Shown here piece by piece: positions 1 to 7,626 of a DNA stretch of 64,000 nucleotides. The position numbers and the translations under genes were made by a program. Below the pieces are notes generated by a model that ran no database searches, had not been told where the DNA came from, and saw nothing but the letters and a program-made list of their open reading frames with translations. Location of the stretch: NCBI GenBank assembly GCA_947628735.1, contig CANRAY010000002.1, positions 35,482 through 99,481 on the forward strand. Direction: 5' to 3'. The stretch is from an uncultured Clostridia bacterium. GTDB taxonomy: Bacteria > Bacillota > Clostridia > TANB77 > CAG-508. The stretch's first letter is position 1; each line of letters starts with the position of its first letter.

Positions 1-196
1 TGTCTGCCATATTTACAAGTTCTATATTTTCTGCTCCTTGTGTAATATTAGCAGTCATGATGTATATTGGATAAAATGTTGTTACAATTTTATATTTTCC
101 ATCATCTTGGTCAGTATTTTTATTTAAATTTAATATGATAATTGCAATAATTATACATATTATAACTACTATACCAATTATGTACTTTTTCTTCAC
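1..196 (-). CDS. Partial N-terminus of a metal (Zn/Mn-type) ABC transporter substrate-binding protein; the gene continues beyond the window start
   Basis: Reverse translation from GTG at 196 gives MKKKYIIGIVVIICIIIAIIILNLNKNTDQDDGKYKIVTTFYPIYIMTANITQGAENIELVNMAD. AGGAGG lies 8 nt upstream. A signal anchor is followed by a K-[IV]-V-T-T-F-Y-P-I-Y motif typical of ZnuA/TroA-family binding proteins. Not in the ORF track because it runs off the window. Confidence 0.45.
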   Translation of the reverse strand, partial: MKKKYIIGIVVIICIIIAIIILNLNKNTDQDDGKYKIVTTFYPIYIMTANITQGAENIELVNMAD

Positions 197-274
197 GGTA
201 CAATCCTCCTTATTTTAGCATGTATATAATACCATTTTTTCCCTTATTTTTCAAGTTTTTATATTACTATTTAT

Positions 275-301
275 CAAAAAAGGCATACTTTATGTATGCC
301 T
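275..301 (-). terminator. Rho-independent terminator after the pilin-like gene
   Basis: Stem aggcatac (281-288) / gtatgcct (294-301) with a 5-nt loop. On the minus strand it is followed by a T-run (A-run 275-280 on plus). Confidence 0.6.
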
Positions 302-309
302 CTTTGTTT

Positions 310-1593
310 TTATTCATAATATGCAGTTTTATAACTTATACCTGTACTTGTTGTCCCCACTCCTGATTTAAGTGTAGCATCAGTTCTTTGGTTTGTTATA
401 CTATTTTCATCATATGCTGTTGTTATTCCTCTTAAAATTCCATTATAAAAGTTAAATGTGCCAGTTCTATTGCTTACTGCTATATTTCCATATATACTAG
501 GGCTTGAATCATTAATTGGTTTTGTATTATCTCCTATTGTTATTATTCCTGTACTTCCATTTTCTATTGCATATTTATTATTTGCTTCTGTTAAAACTTC
601 CCCATCATTTATTTTAATTTCTCCAGTTGAAGCATTATATACTGCTAAGTTAGTTAATGCGTCTATTTTTCCCCCATTTATTGTAATATTTCCGGTTGAT
701 TGATTCCATAATGCATAATTACTATTTGCAGTTATTTCTCCATTATTTATGTCTATTCTTCCATTTGAGCAATTTGTTACTAAAGCATATGTAGAGCCAT
801 TTTCTACACTATAGTTGCCTCCTGTTATAGTTCCACCATTAATTTCTATTGTTCCACTTGTTAAATTTAAAAGTACATTTCTTGGTGAATTAATATTTCC
901 TTCTTCTAATATAATTTTTCCAGCATTTTGATTATTTATTGCTACATTATTTGTAGCTGTAATTTTTCCATTTTTTATTCTTACTGTTCCATTATTTACA
1001 ATATTAATTGTATTGTTTTGTGCTTCTAGTCTTCCTTCTTCTATTACAACTTCTCCATTTCCTTTATGCTCAATTATTCCATTTGTATTATTTAAAATTT
1101 TTCCGTTTCCTTTTATAGTTAGTGTACCATAACTATTTTCTAATATATTAATTGGATTGGTAATTGTTATTGTTCTTCCATTTGTATCTAATATTATATC
1201 TTTATTTATTTCTAATGTTGAGTCATCTGTTACATCTTTTAATGCAGTAATAATTGTTCCTGAATCAGCTAATTTATATGCTTCTTCTAATGTGTTTGCA
1301 TATGCTAATTCTAGAATATTATATCTTTCAATTTGATAGTTAGCATCTGGTGTATTTTTTCCAGTATACTCATCATAATCATTTTTTTCATCTTCAAATT
1401 GATCTGTTACTACATCTAAATCATTTTTTTGTTCAGTTTCTTGTGTTGTTCCATTTTCTTTTAATTCTCGAGATTTGTATAAAAATCCATTTTCGTCTAA
1501 TACAGCATCCATTGTAATTGTTCCTAATATCATAATTATTATTACACTGATTATTAATGCAATTAATGTAATACCTTTCGTATTTCCTTTCAT
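310..1593 (-). CDS. Prepilin-like N-terminal segment fused to a parallel beta-helix-type repeat domain (putative surface or pilus-associated protein)
   Basis: The N-terminus MKGNTKGITLIALIISVIIIMILG resembles a class III (type IV pilin) signal K-G-[FI]-T-L-I-E, but with Ala at +5. The rest holds many about 20-25 aa Asn/Gly-rich repeats (NGGTITGGNYS, INNGEITANSNYALWNQSTGNITINGGKI, and others). Confidence 0.5.
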   Translation of the reverse strand: MKGNTKGITLIALIISVIIIMILGTITMDAVLDENGFLYKSRELKENGTTQETEQKNDLDVVTDQFEDEKNDYDEYTGKNTPDANYQIERYNILELAYANTLEEAYKLADSGTIITALKDVTDDSTLEINKDIILDTNGRTITITNPINILENSYGTLTIKGNGKILNNTNGIIEHKGNGEVVIEEGRLEAQNNTINIVNNGTVRIKNGKITATNNVAINNQNAGKIILEEGNINSPRNVLLNLTSGTIEINGGTITGGNYSVENGSTYALVTNCSNGRIDINNGEITANSNYALWNQSTGNITINGGKIDALTNLAVYNASTGEIKINDGEVLTEANNKYAIENGSTGIITIGDNTKPINDSSPSIYGNIAVSNRTGTFNFYNGILRGITTAYDENSITNQRTDATLKSGVGTTSTGISYKTAYYE

Positions 1594-1662
1594 AATAATT
1601 TCTCCTTTGTTTATTATTATCTTAATTTTATCATATAGTAATTTCTTGTATTTTTCAATATT

Positions 1663-2556
1663 TTATTGCATAATTTTTTCCTTTATTTTTTCTAAATTTT
1701 TAATAACCGCTTCATATCCATATTCAAAACATTTACCCATTTTTTCTATATCCATTAATCCTACTTTATCTGTATATACATTTAAAATAAAATCACTTTT
1801 ATATAAATTTTTTTCTGCTATTTTATTCCCCATAATATCAATTGTTTTCATTACAATATCCATCATATTACTTTTCTCATCTATCCTATCTGCATCAAAT
1901 TTGATTGCAATTACTTTGTCTGCACCTTGTTTTTTTACTTCATCTACTGGTATGTTATCAAGTACTCCTCCATCCATAAAAGCATGTTTTTGAATATTGC
2001 AAGGATTAAAAAATGCAGGGAAACTACTACTAGCTCTTACTGCTTTTCCTATACTAACATTTGTAATATATTGTGATTCATTTTCTAATTCTTCTGGTAA
2101 ATGATTTGTAAAAATATATTCTTTTGATTCTATAATATCTACTGTGGGTATTACTAATGGCATCTTTATTTGTTCAATCCTTTCAATACCTTTTTTTCTA
2201 GCTAATTCATTATATATTTTCTCAATTTTTTCTCCATATTTAAATCCATCTATACTTTTTTCTTCTTTTTTTATTAGACTTTTTATTCCTGAGATTAAAG
2301 GATATCCTTTATTTTTTACAATTCTTTTCGCATTTTTTTCAAATAATAAATATATCTCTTCAGGTGAATATCCCATTGCAAAAAGGCTAGCTACTAAACT
2401 TCCTGCACTTGTTCCACCTATAATATCAATTTTAATTCCATTTTCAATTAATCCGTGTAATGCTCCTGCATGAGCAATACCACGAATTCCTCCGCCTGAT
2501 AAAGCAACTCCTATTTTCACTTTTATCACTCCCATACTTTTTATTAGTATGGACAT
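1663..2556 (-). CDS. Patatin-like phospholipase
   Basis: Oxyanion motif GGGIRG, nucleophile elbow G-T-S-A-G-S, and a downstream D-G-G (FMDGGVLDNIP) catalytic Asp motif. Confidence 0.8.
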   Translation of the reverse strand: MSILIKSMGVIKVKIGVALSGGGIRGIAHAGALHGLIENGIKIDIIGGTSAGSLVASLFAMGYSPEEIYLLFEKNAKRIVKNKGYPLISGIKSLIKKEEKSIDGFKYGEKIEKIYNELARKKGIERIEQIKMPLVIPTVDIIESKEYIFTNHLPEELENESQYITNVSIGKAVRASSSFPAFFNPCNIQKHAFMDGGVLDNIPVDEVKKQGADKVIAIKFDADRIDEKSNMMDIVMKTIDIMGNKIAEKNLYKSDFILNVYTDKVGLMDIEKMGKCFEYGYEAVIKNLEKIKEKIMQ

Positions 2557-2598
2557 TTTTTTCTAGTTTTATCCAATTAGTTATACTTTATTTAATTG

Positions 2599-2643
2599 TA
2601 AAAAAATAGATCAAATATCAGATTTATCTAATATTTGATCTAT
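2599..2643 (-). terminator. Rho-independent terminator after rpsR
   Basis: Perfect 13-bp inverted repeat atagatcaaatat (2606-2618) / atatttgatctat (2631-2643), followed on the minus strand by a T-run. Confidence 0.7.
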
Positions 2644-2649
2644 TTTATT

Positions 2650-2940
2650 TTATTCAGCTGTGTATGGTAATATAGCAATTTGTCTTGCTCTTTTAACAGC
2701 TAATGTAATATCTCTTTGATGTTTTGCACATGCGCCTGTTGCTCTTCTTGGAAGTATTTTTCCTTTATCATTAACGAATTTCTTTAATTGTTCTGCATTT
2801 TTATAGTCTAATACTAAATTCTTATCAGCACATAAAGGGCATACTTTTTTTCTCATTTTTCTAAATTTTGGATTATAATTTTCATCTTGATTATTGTTGT
2901 TATTTCTGTTATTTCTTTTATTTTTCTTGTTGTCTGCCAT
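2650..2940 (-). CDS. rpsR: 30S ribosomal protein S18 with an Asn-rich N-terminal extension
   Basis: The core [60 protein letters not shown] is the canonical S18 signature. It sits in the conserved rpsF-ssb-rpsR order. Confidence 0.95.
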   Translation of the reverse strand: MADNKKNKRNNRNNNNNQDENYNPKFRKMRKKVCPLCADKNLVLDYKNAEQLKKFVNDKGKILPRRATGACAKHQRDITLAVKRARQIAILPYTAE

Positions 2941-2985
2941 TCTTATTTACCCCCTAACTTAAAAATTTGCAAATATGTAATTTGC

Positions 2986-3411
2986 TTAAAATGGTAGGTC
3001 GTCTCCTGAAGATACTTCAAAGTCTGAACCTGAATTTGCTGATGGCATTGCTCCAAATGTTGCATCAAAGTTGCCATCTCCTGATGCATCTTTTCTGCCT
3101 TCTGCAAAATATGCTTCTTCAGCAACTACTTCTGTAACATAACGTTTTTGTCCTTGTTCATCATCCCAAGTTCTTGTTTGAATTCTTCCTGTAATAGCAA
3201 CTTGTTGACCTTTTTTATAATATTTACTACAAAACTCACCTAATTTTCCCCATGCAACTACATTAATAAAATCAGCTTGTCTTTCTTCACCTTGTCTTAC
3301 AAATCTTCTATTAACTGCTAAAGAAAAAGAAGCTACTAATGTGTTGCTGGTTTGTGTGTATCTTACTTCTGGGTCTCTTGTTAATCTACCCATTAGAATT
3401 ACTTTATTCAT
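2986..3411 (-). CDS. ssb: Single-stranded DNA-binding protein
   Basis: OB-fold N-terminus MNKVILMGRLTRDPEVRYT, Gly/Ser-rich tail, and the C-terminal acidic tip DDLPF. Located between rpsF and rpsR. Confidence 0.95.
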   Translation of the reverse strand: MNKVILMGRLTRDPEVRYTQTSNTLVASFSLAVNRRFVRQGEERQADFINVVAWGKLGEFCSKYYKKGQQVAITGRIQTRTWDDEQGQKRYVTEVVAEEAYFAEGRKDASGDGNFDATFGAMPSANSGSDFEVSSGDDLPF

Positions 3412-3427
3412 ATTTTACACCTCATAA

Positions 3428-3706
3428 CTATTTTTTGATAACTATAAATTTTATGATTTCGTCTGTAATTCTGTAATTTCTTTCAAGTTCTGCTATTAAA
3501 CTTGGATTAGCTTCAAAATCATATACTACGTAGTATCCTTCTTTGTTTTTACCGATTTCATAAGCTAGTTTTTTCTTGCCAAGTTCTTCGATTTTTTCTA
3601 CTTTTCCATCATTATTAATTAATGTTTCAAATCTTGCTATTAAAGATTTTGATGCTTCTTCGTCTATTGCTGGATTAATAATGATAACACTTTCGTATTT
3701 GTTCAT
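3428..3706 (-). CDS. rpsF: 30S ribosomal protein S6
   Basis: MNKYESVIIINP...YEIGKNKEGYYVVYDFEA pattern, size 92 aa, and operon position upstream of ssb. Confidence 0.9.
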   Translation of the reverse strand: MNKYESVIIINPAIDEEASKSLIARFETLINNDGKVEKIEELGKKKLAYEIGKNKEGYYVVYDFEANPSLIAELERNYRITDEIIKFIVIKK

Positions 3707-3816
3707 TATTCTTCACCTCCCTATGGATATATAACCTACAATTATTATTGTAAGTAAGGATTTTGTCAAAAAATAGTTTTGATTTATTTTTTAACGTTAG
3801 TTATTTTATCACAATT

Positions 3817-4515
3817 TTATTTGAATTGCAAGCTTTTTCCGCATACTCCTTCTATATTTTCACTGATTTCTTCAATTTTTTCTTTTGTATGATAAATATT
3901 ACTTTCTTTTATTGCTAATATCCATAGATAAATTATAATAATTAGAATTGCTATATTTTGTAGATATAAAATAGCTATACTTGCTGTCATTGTTAGCATT
4001 ATAATTGTTATTTTAGATATTATATGTGTGTAATAATAAGATTTTTTTAATCCAAATATTAAATGAAGTATTTCATTTAATATTCTGCCTCCATCTAATG
4101 GATAAATTGGTATTAAATTGAATAATCCTATTAAAATATTTGCATAAATACAGTTTTGATATAAATTTGGATTTATAGTTATAATTCCTTTTGATTTTAG
4201 CATGATCAGTATTAATGCTATGACAAAATTGGTTATTGGTCCCATTAATGCAATGATCATTTTTTTAATGCCCAAATAATTTCCTTTTCCAATTTTTTGA
4301 TTATAATCATTACATTTTATATAAAAGCGAATTTGTAAGCCTATTGGCGTTATTTTTAACTCTTTGGGTTTAAATTTTAATAATATTCCGGTTATTAAAT
4401 GCGCTATTTCATGTATACAAGCAAATATCATTAATAATATGTATATCTCAATTTGAGATGTTAGAAAGAATAAAAATAAAAATAGAAATATTTTTAAATC
4501 TATTTTAATACTCAT
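3817..4515 (-). CDS. spoIVFB: M50 site-2 protease, SpoIVFB-like intramembrane metalloprotease
   Basis: Polytopic membrane protein with HExxH (HEIAHLI) and the NxxPxxxLDG motif (NLIPIYPLDGGRIL). It lies directly downstream of an M23/LytM-type gene, as in spoIVFA-spoIVFB. Confidence 0.7.
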   Translation of the reverse strand: MSIKIDLKIFLFLFLFFLTSQIEIYILLMIFACIHEIAHLITGILLKFKPKELKITPIGLQIRFYIKCNDYNQKIGKGNYLGIKKMIIALMGPITNFVIALILIMLKSKGIITINPNLYQNCIYANILIGLFNLIPIYPLDGGRILNEILHLIFGLKKSYYYTHIISKITIIMLTMTASIAILYLQNIAILIIIIYLWILAIKESNIYHTKEKIEEISENIEGVCGKSLQFK

Positions 4516-4567
4516 TTATAATTTAAAAGTGTTATTAGCACTTTATTCTCCTTTCCTAATATGTATT

Positions 4568-5550
4568 TTAAAACTTTAAAATGTATTCAGGATCAATTGC
4601 TCTATCATCTCTACGAATTTCAAAATGTAAATGTGGACCAGTTGCATTGCCGGGTTTCTCCAACTTCTGCAATTTTATCTCCTTGTTTTATTTTATCTCC
4701 TTCTTTTACTAAAATTTTGCTACAATGTGCGTATCTTGTCATAACATCTCCATTACTGATCTCTACATGCTTTCCGATAATCAGTTTCATCAAATGCTAC
4801 TAAAGTTACTTCTCCATCTATTGCAGCATATATTGCTGTTCCAGTATCAGCTCCTATGTCTATTCCTTGATGATTTTCAGAAATAATTTCTGTTGCTTCT
4901 CTTTTTCCATATCGAGAAGTAACTGTTCCTTTTATTGGTAATTCAAATTTATAATTTTCTTTTATATATTCTGCATCTATTTCCATTTGTGTCTTTTTAC
5001 TTGATGTTTTGTTATTGCTTTCTGTTGCTTCTTTTGTTTCCTCTTTTTTGCTTCCTCCAATTCCTCCTATTTTTGTATTTTCTTCATCTTCTTTTTTAGT
5101 TTCTTTTGATACTGTTTGATTTTCTGATTTTTCTGTCGTATCATTTTCTATCTTTTCATTGTTTTTTTCTAATTTATTTTCTTGTATCGTATTAGTTTCT
5201 ATCTGATTTTCTAATTGATTTTCTATTTGATCTCTATTTTCCTGTATTAATGTATCTATACTAGTCCATATGTTTTGAAAATTAATATCATAAGATAATA
5301 ATTCTCTTGTCTTTTGAATAACATCCTCCGAAAATATGTAATTTGTATTTTTTATTAAATAAAAAATTATATAAATAACAGCACATAGTGCTAATTGCAT
5401 CATCATTTTTTTTAATAATGGGACTCTTATTTTTTGATTATTTACGCTAGCTGATGATACTCGTACCCCTCTATTATTTGAAAGTTTTCTTCTTTGATAA
5501 ATTTCTTCTGCTCTTCTTATTCTTTCTTCTTGGCTTATCGTTCTTTCCAT
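4568..5550 (-). pseudogene. M23 (LytM-type) metallopeptidase in the SpoIVFA position, interrupted by two +1 frameshifts as assembled
   Basis: The track ORF 4753..5550 ends at ...HQGIDIGADTGTAIYAAIDGEVTLVAFDETDY. Removing one base near 4774-4776 continues as GKHVEISNGDVMTRYAHCSKILVKEGDKIKQGDKIAEVGET. Removing one base from the run at 4650-4654 continues as GNATGPHLHFEIRRDDRAIDPEYILKF, with the stop at 4568-4570. The HxxxD and HLHFE catalytic motifs are retained. Confidence 0.75.
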
Positions 5551-5619
5551 AATAAAAACACCTCTTCCTTTGTTGTTTTTTTAATGTATATGTCTTTAAA
5601 AGGTGTTTTATTCTTTATT

Positions 5620-6000
5620 TTATAAAAATGTCATCCATAAACTGATGACTGCTGTAAATGCCAGAAAGAAATTAAGTTTAATTGACTTTTTATATTTTTG
5701 TTCTAAGGTTTTCATATCTTGTTTCATTTTAGGTGATTTTTTCTCTAGTTCTGTAATGTAATTTGCAACAATCATTTCTGCCTCTTTTATAATATAATCT
5801 TGTTTTTGATTTTTATTTCCATTTTTCTTTATTTTTTGAGATGTGTTTTCCACATTTTGCACATCTTTTAATTTTGATTTCTCAATATATTGATATTTTT
5901 TTATTTTATTATTTGGTTTTAAAATAACAATAGCTTCTTCTATTATATTAGAAGGCAAATTGTTTAATACAATCATATTTTTCATATCGCTAGAATTCAT
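5620..6000 (-). CDS. Hypothetical Lys-rich protein with a C-terminal transmembrane anchor
   Basis: ORF with a hydrophobic C-terminus LNFFLAFTAVISLWMTFL. No recognisable catalytic motif. Confidence 0.4.
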   Translation of the reverse strand: MNSSDMKNMIVLNNLPSNIIEEAIVILKPNNKIKKYQYIEKSKLKDVQNVENTSQKIKKNGNKNQKQDYIIKEAEMIVANYITELEKKSPKMKQDMKTLEQKYKKSIKLNFFLAFTAVISLWMTFL

Positions 6001-6061
6001 TTGGCACCTCCACTAAAATTATCTTTATATAAAGTTTTGCCAAACATTTTCTAGATTATAC

Positions 6062-6625
6062 TTATTCTGTTAATTTTTTTACAGTATCTTTAATCCCATT
6101 GCATATCATTTCAGACATTTCTTCAATTGTTTTTATATTTATATTTTTTAATGTGTTTATATTTTTTTGTATTTGACAATGATATTTTCCTACTACTCCT
6201 TTTATGTTTATATGTGATTGATATTTTATTCCATTATTTAATGCTTTACCAATTTCAATTTCTCCATTACTAATAAATACTTGTTTTATATTTTCTTCTT
6301 TTCCTAATGCTGTATCTATTGTAATTAAAAATGGATCTTGATATTGATATGATAAAAAAGAAAGAACTTGCTCAACATTTTTTAAATTTATTGTATTATT
6401 CATATTACCATAAACTATCATTTTCTTTGGTAAATATTTTTGAAGATTTTTTGTTTCTTTTTCTAGTCTTTCCCCTACCATTGGTCCTATCATATCTCCT
6501 ATTACTTTATTTGTTCCAATACATAAGAAAATGATTTCTGAAAACTTATTTTGAATATCAAATTGTTTTAATTGTAACTTTAAATTATTAGTAAAATTTA
6601 TATATTCTTCATTTTGTCTTATCAT
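6062..6625 (-). CDS. yyaC: Sporulation protein YyaC (DUF1256, GPR-like protease fold)
   Basis: CIGTNKVIGDMIGPMVGERL matches the CIGTDR.tGD.LGP.VG hallmark of YyaC. I prefer the start at the ATG at 6625 (MIRQNEEY), which has AGAGGTG 5 nt upstream, over the track start at 6667. Confidence 0.7.
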   Translation of the reverse strand: MIRQNEEYINFTNNLKLQLKQFDIQNKFSEIIFLCIGTNKVIGDMIGPMVGERLEKETKNLQKYLPKKMIVYGNMNNTINLKNVEQVLSFLSYQYQDPFLITIDTALGKEENIKQVFISNGEIEIGKALNNGIKYQSHINIKGVVGKYHCQIQKNINTLKNINIKTIEEMSEMICNGIKDTVKKLTE

Positions 6626-6635
6626 ATTTACACCT

Positions 6636-6902
6636 CTATTTTGCATTGTATTCTTTGCTTGGTGCAATTATGATGTTGACGTTCTTATAATTTTGGTATT
6701 TTTTTATAATATCTTGTGAAAAACTAGCTATTTCATTTGATAATACAAATGTATCATATTGTTTTTGAATTAAATTTTTTATAGTATTATCTGTTTCTTC
6801 TGGATCTTTTAATTTTAAAACATAAAATCCTAGTTTCTCTGGTATTTTAAAATTCTTTTCATCTTTTTCATATTTAATCCAAGATATTTTTATTATAATC
6901 AC
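6636..6902 (-). CDS. Small hypothetical protein with weak resemblance to V-ATPase subunit F-type (ATP-synt_F) domains
   Basis: Track ORF 6636..6980. Its first about 26 codons overlap a strongly structured non-coding-looking leader and have no SD. The GTG at 6902 is an alternative start with only a weak SD. The sequence ...DPEETDNTIKNLIQKQYDTFVLSNEIASFSQDII...NIIIAPSKE loosely follows the subunit-F pattern. Confidence 0.3.
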   Translation of the reverse strand: MIIIKISWIKYEKDEKNFKIPEKLGFYVLKLKDPEETDNTIKNLIQKQYDTFVLSNEIASFSQDIIKKYQNYKNVNIIIAPSKEYNAK

Positions 6903-7065
6903 TTCATTTCTTTTATTATTAGTATTGTATAGGAAAAACCGCAGATTTCTTCCTATACAATAGGTTAAAATACCTTGCACTGTGAATGCAAAGCATTTTC
7001 ACAGATAGCAAAGTCACCTATATTATTTTTATTCTTTTTTTATTTTTTATACTATTTTTAATTAT

Positions 7066-7108
7066 AAAAAATAAAAGAAAGTAAACATTTTATTTTGTTT
7101 ACTTTCTT
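7066..7108 (-). terminator. Rho-independent terminator after the DUF4116 gene
   Basis: Stem aaagaaagtaaac (7074-7086) / gtttactttctt (7097-7108), with a T-run on the minus strand. Confidence 0.65.
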
Positions 7109-7113
7109 CTTAT

Positions 7114-7626
7114 TTACTCTAATGCTTTCTTTATTTCTTCATCTTCTTTTAAATTTTCATCTGATATAAATGAAATGGCTCTTTTATCGTTCTGTATTGC
7201 TGTTAATACAATTTTTTTATCAGCTCTTAACCTTTTACTAGCATATTTTAAAATCAGTCCCTTATTTTTCACTGCTTCTAGTACTATTTCATCATCATCT
7301 CTTAGTTCTGGAGAAGCATAGTATAATTCTTGTCCGTCTATTTTTACTCCTTCCATAACAACTTCTTTATCTTTTCGTAGTTGTTCATCAGCATAACAAA
7401 CTGTCCATCCAACCTTTTTTACAGATGCTAATACTACTTCTTTATCTGCTTTTAATCTATTACTAGCAAACTCTAACACATTTCCATCTTGTTCTATTGC
7501 TGACATAACAATTTCTTTATCATCTTTATATTCTTCTGGTAATTCTTCTAAAGTTTTTCCATTTTGTTTTACCTTTTCTAAAGCCGTTTCCCTATCTATT
7601 TCAGCCATGTTTTTCCCTCTTTTCAT
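7114..7626 (-). CDS. DUF4116 repeat protein
   Basis: Tandem about 30-aa repeats of the form V..A[IV]..[DN]G..L.[FY]AS..L+.D+E[IV]VL.AV, seen four or more times. Confidence 0.6.
   Translation of the reverse strand: MKRGKNMAEIDRETALEKVKQNGKTLEELPEEYKDDKEIVMSAIEQDGNVLEFASNRLKADKEVVLASVKKVGWTVCYADEQLRKDKEVVMEGVKIDGQELYYASPELRDDDEIVLEAVKNKGLILKYASKRLRADKKIVLTAIQNDKRAISFISDENLKEDEEIKKALE

Noticed and set aside
458-2473. Plus-strand ORFs 458..703, 1475..1993 and 2144..2473. There are many similar ones across the window, for example 8491..8733, 14320..14715, 23651..23974, 28728..29141, 54406..55068 and 59392..59862.
   Set aside because: They lie antisense to well-supported genes. Their translations are Phe/Ile/Leu/Ser-rich low-complexity strings, as expected from the reverse strand of AT-rich coding DNA. 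They have no SD sequences.
2857-2940. Asn-rich N-terminal extension of S18 and the Glu-rich C-terminal tail of S2 (59921-60040).
   Set aside because: These are low-complexity extensions of the kind common in very AT-rich genomes. They most likely reflect compositional drift rather than a functional novelty.
2943-3125. 60-aa minus-strand ORF overlapping the 3' end of ssb.
   Set aside because: It is an alternative frame inside or adjacent to the ssb tail, with no SD and a Gln/His-rich nonsense-like sequence.
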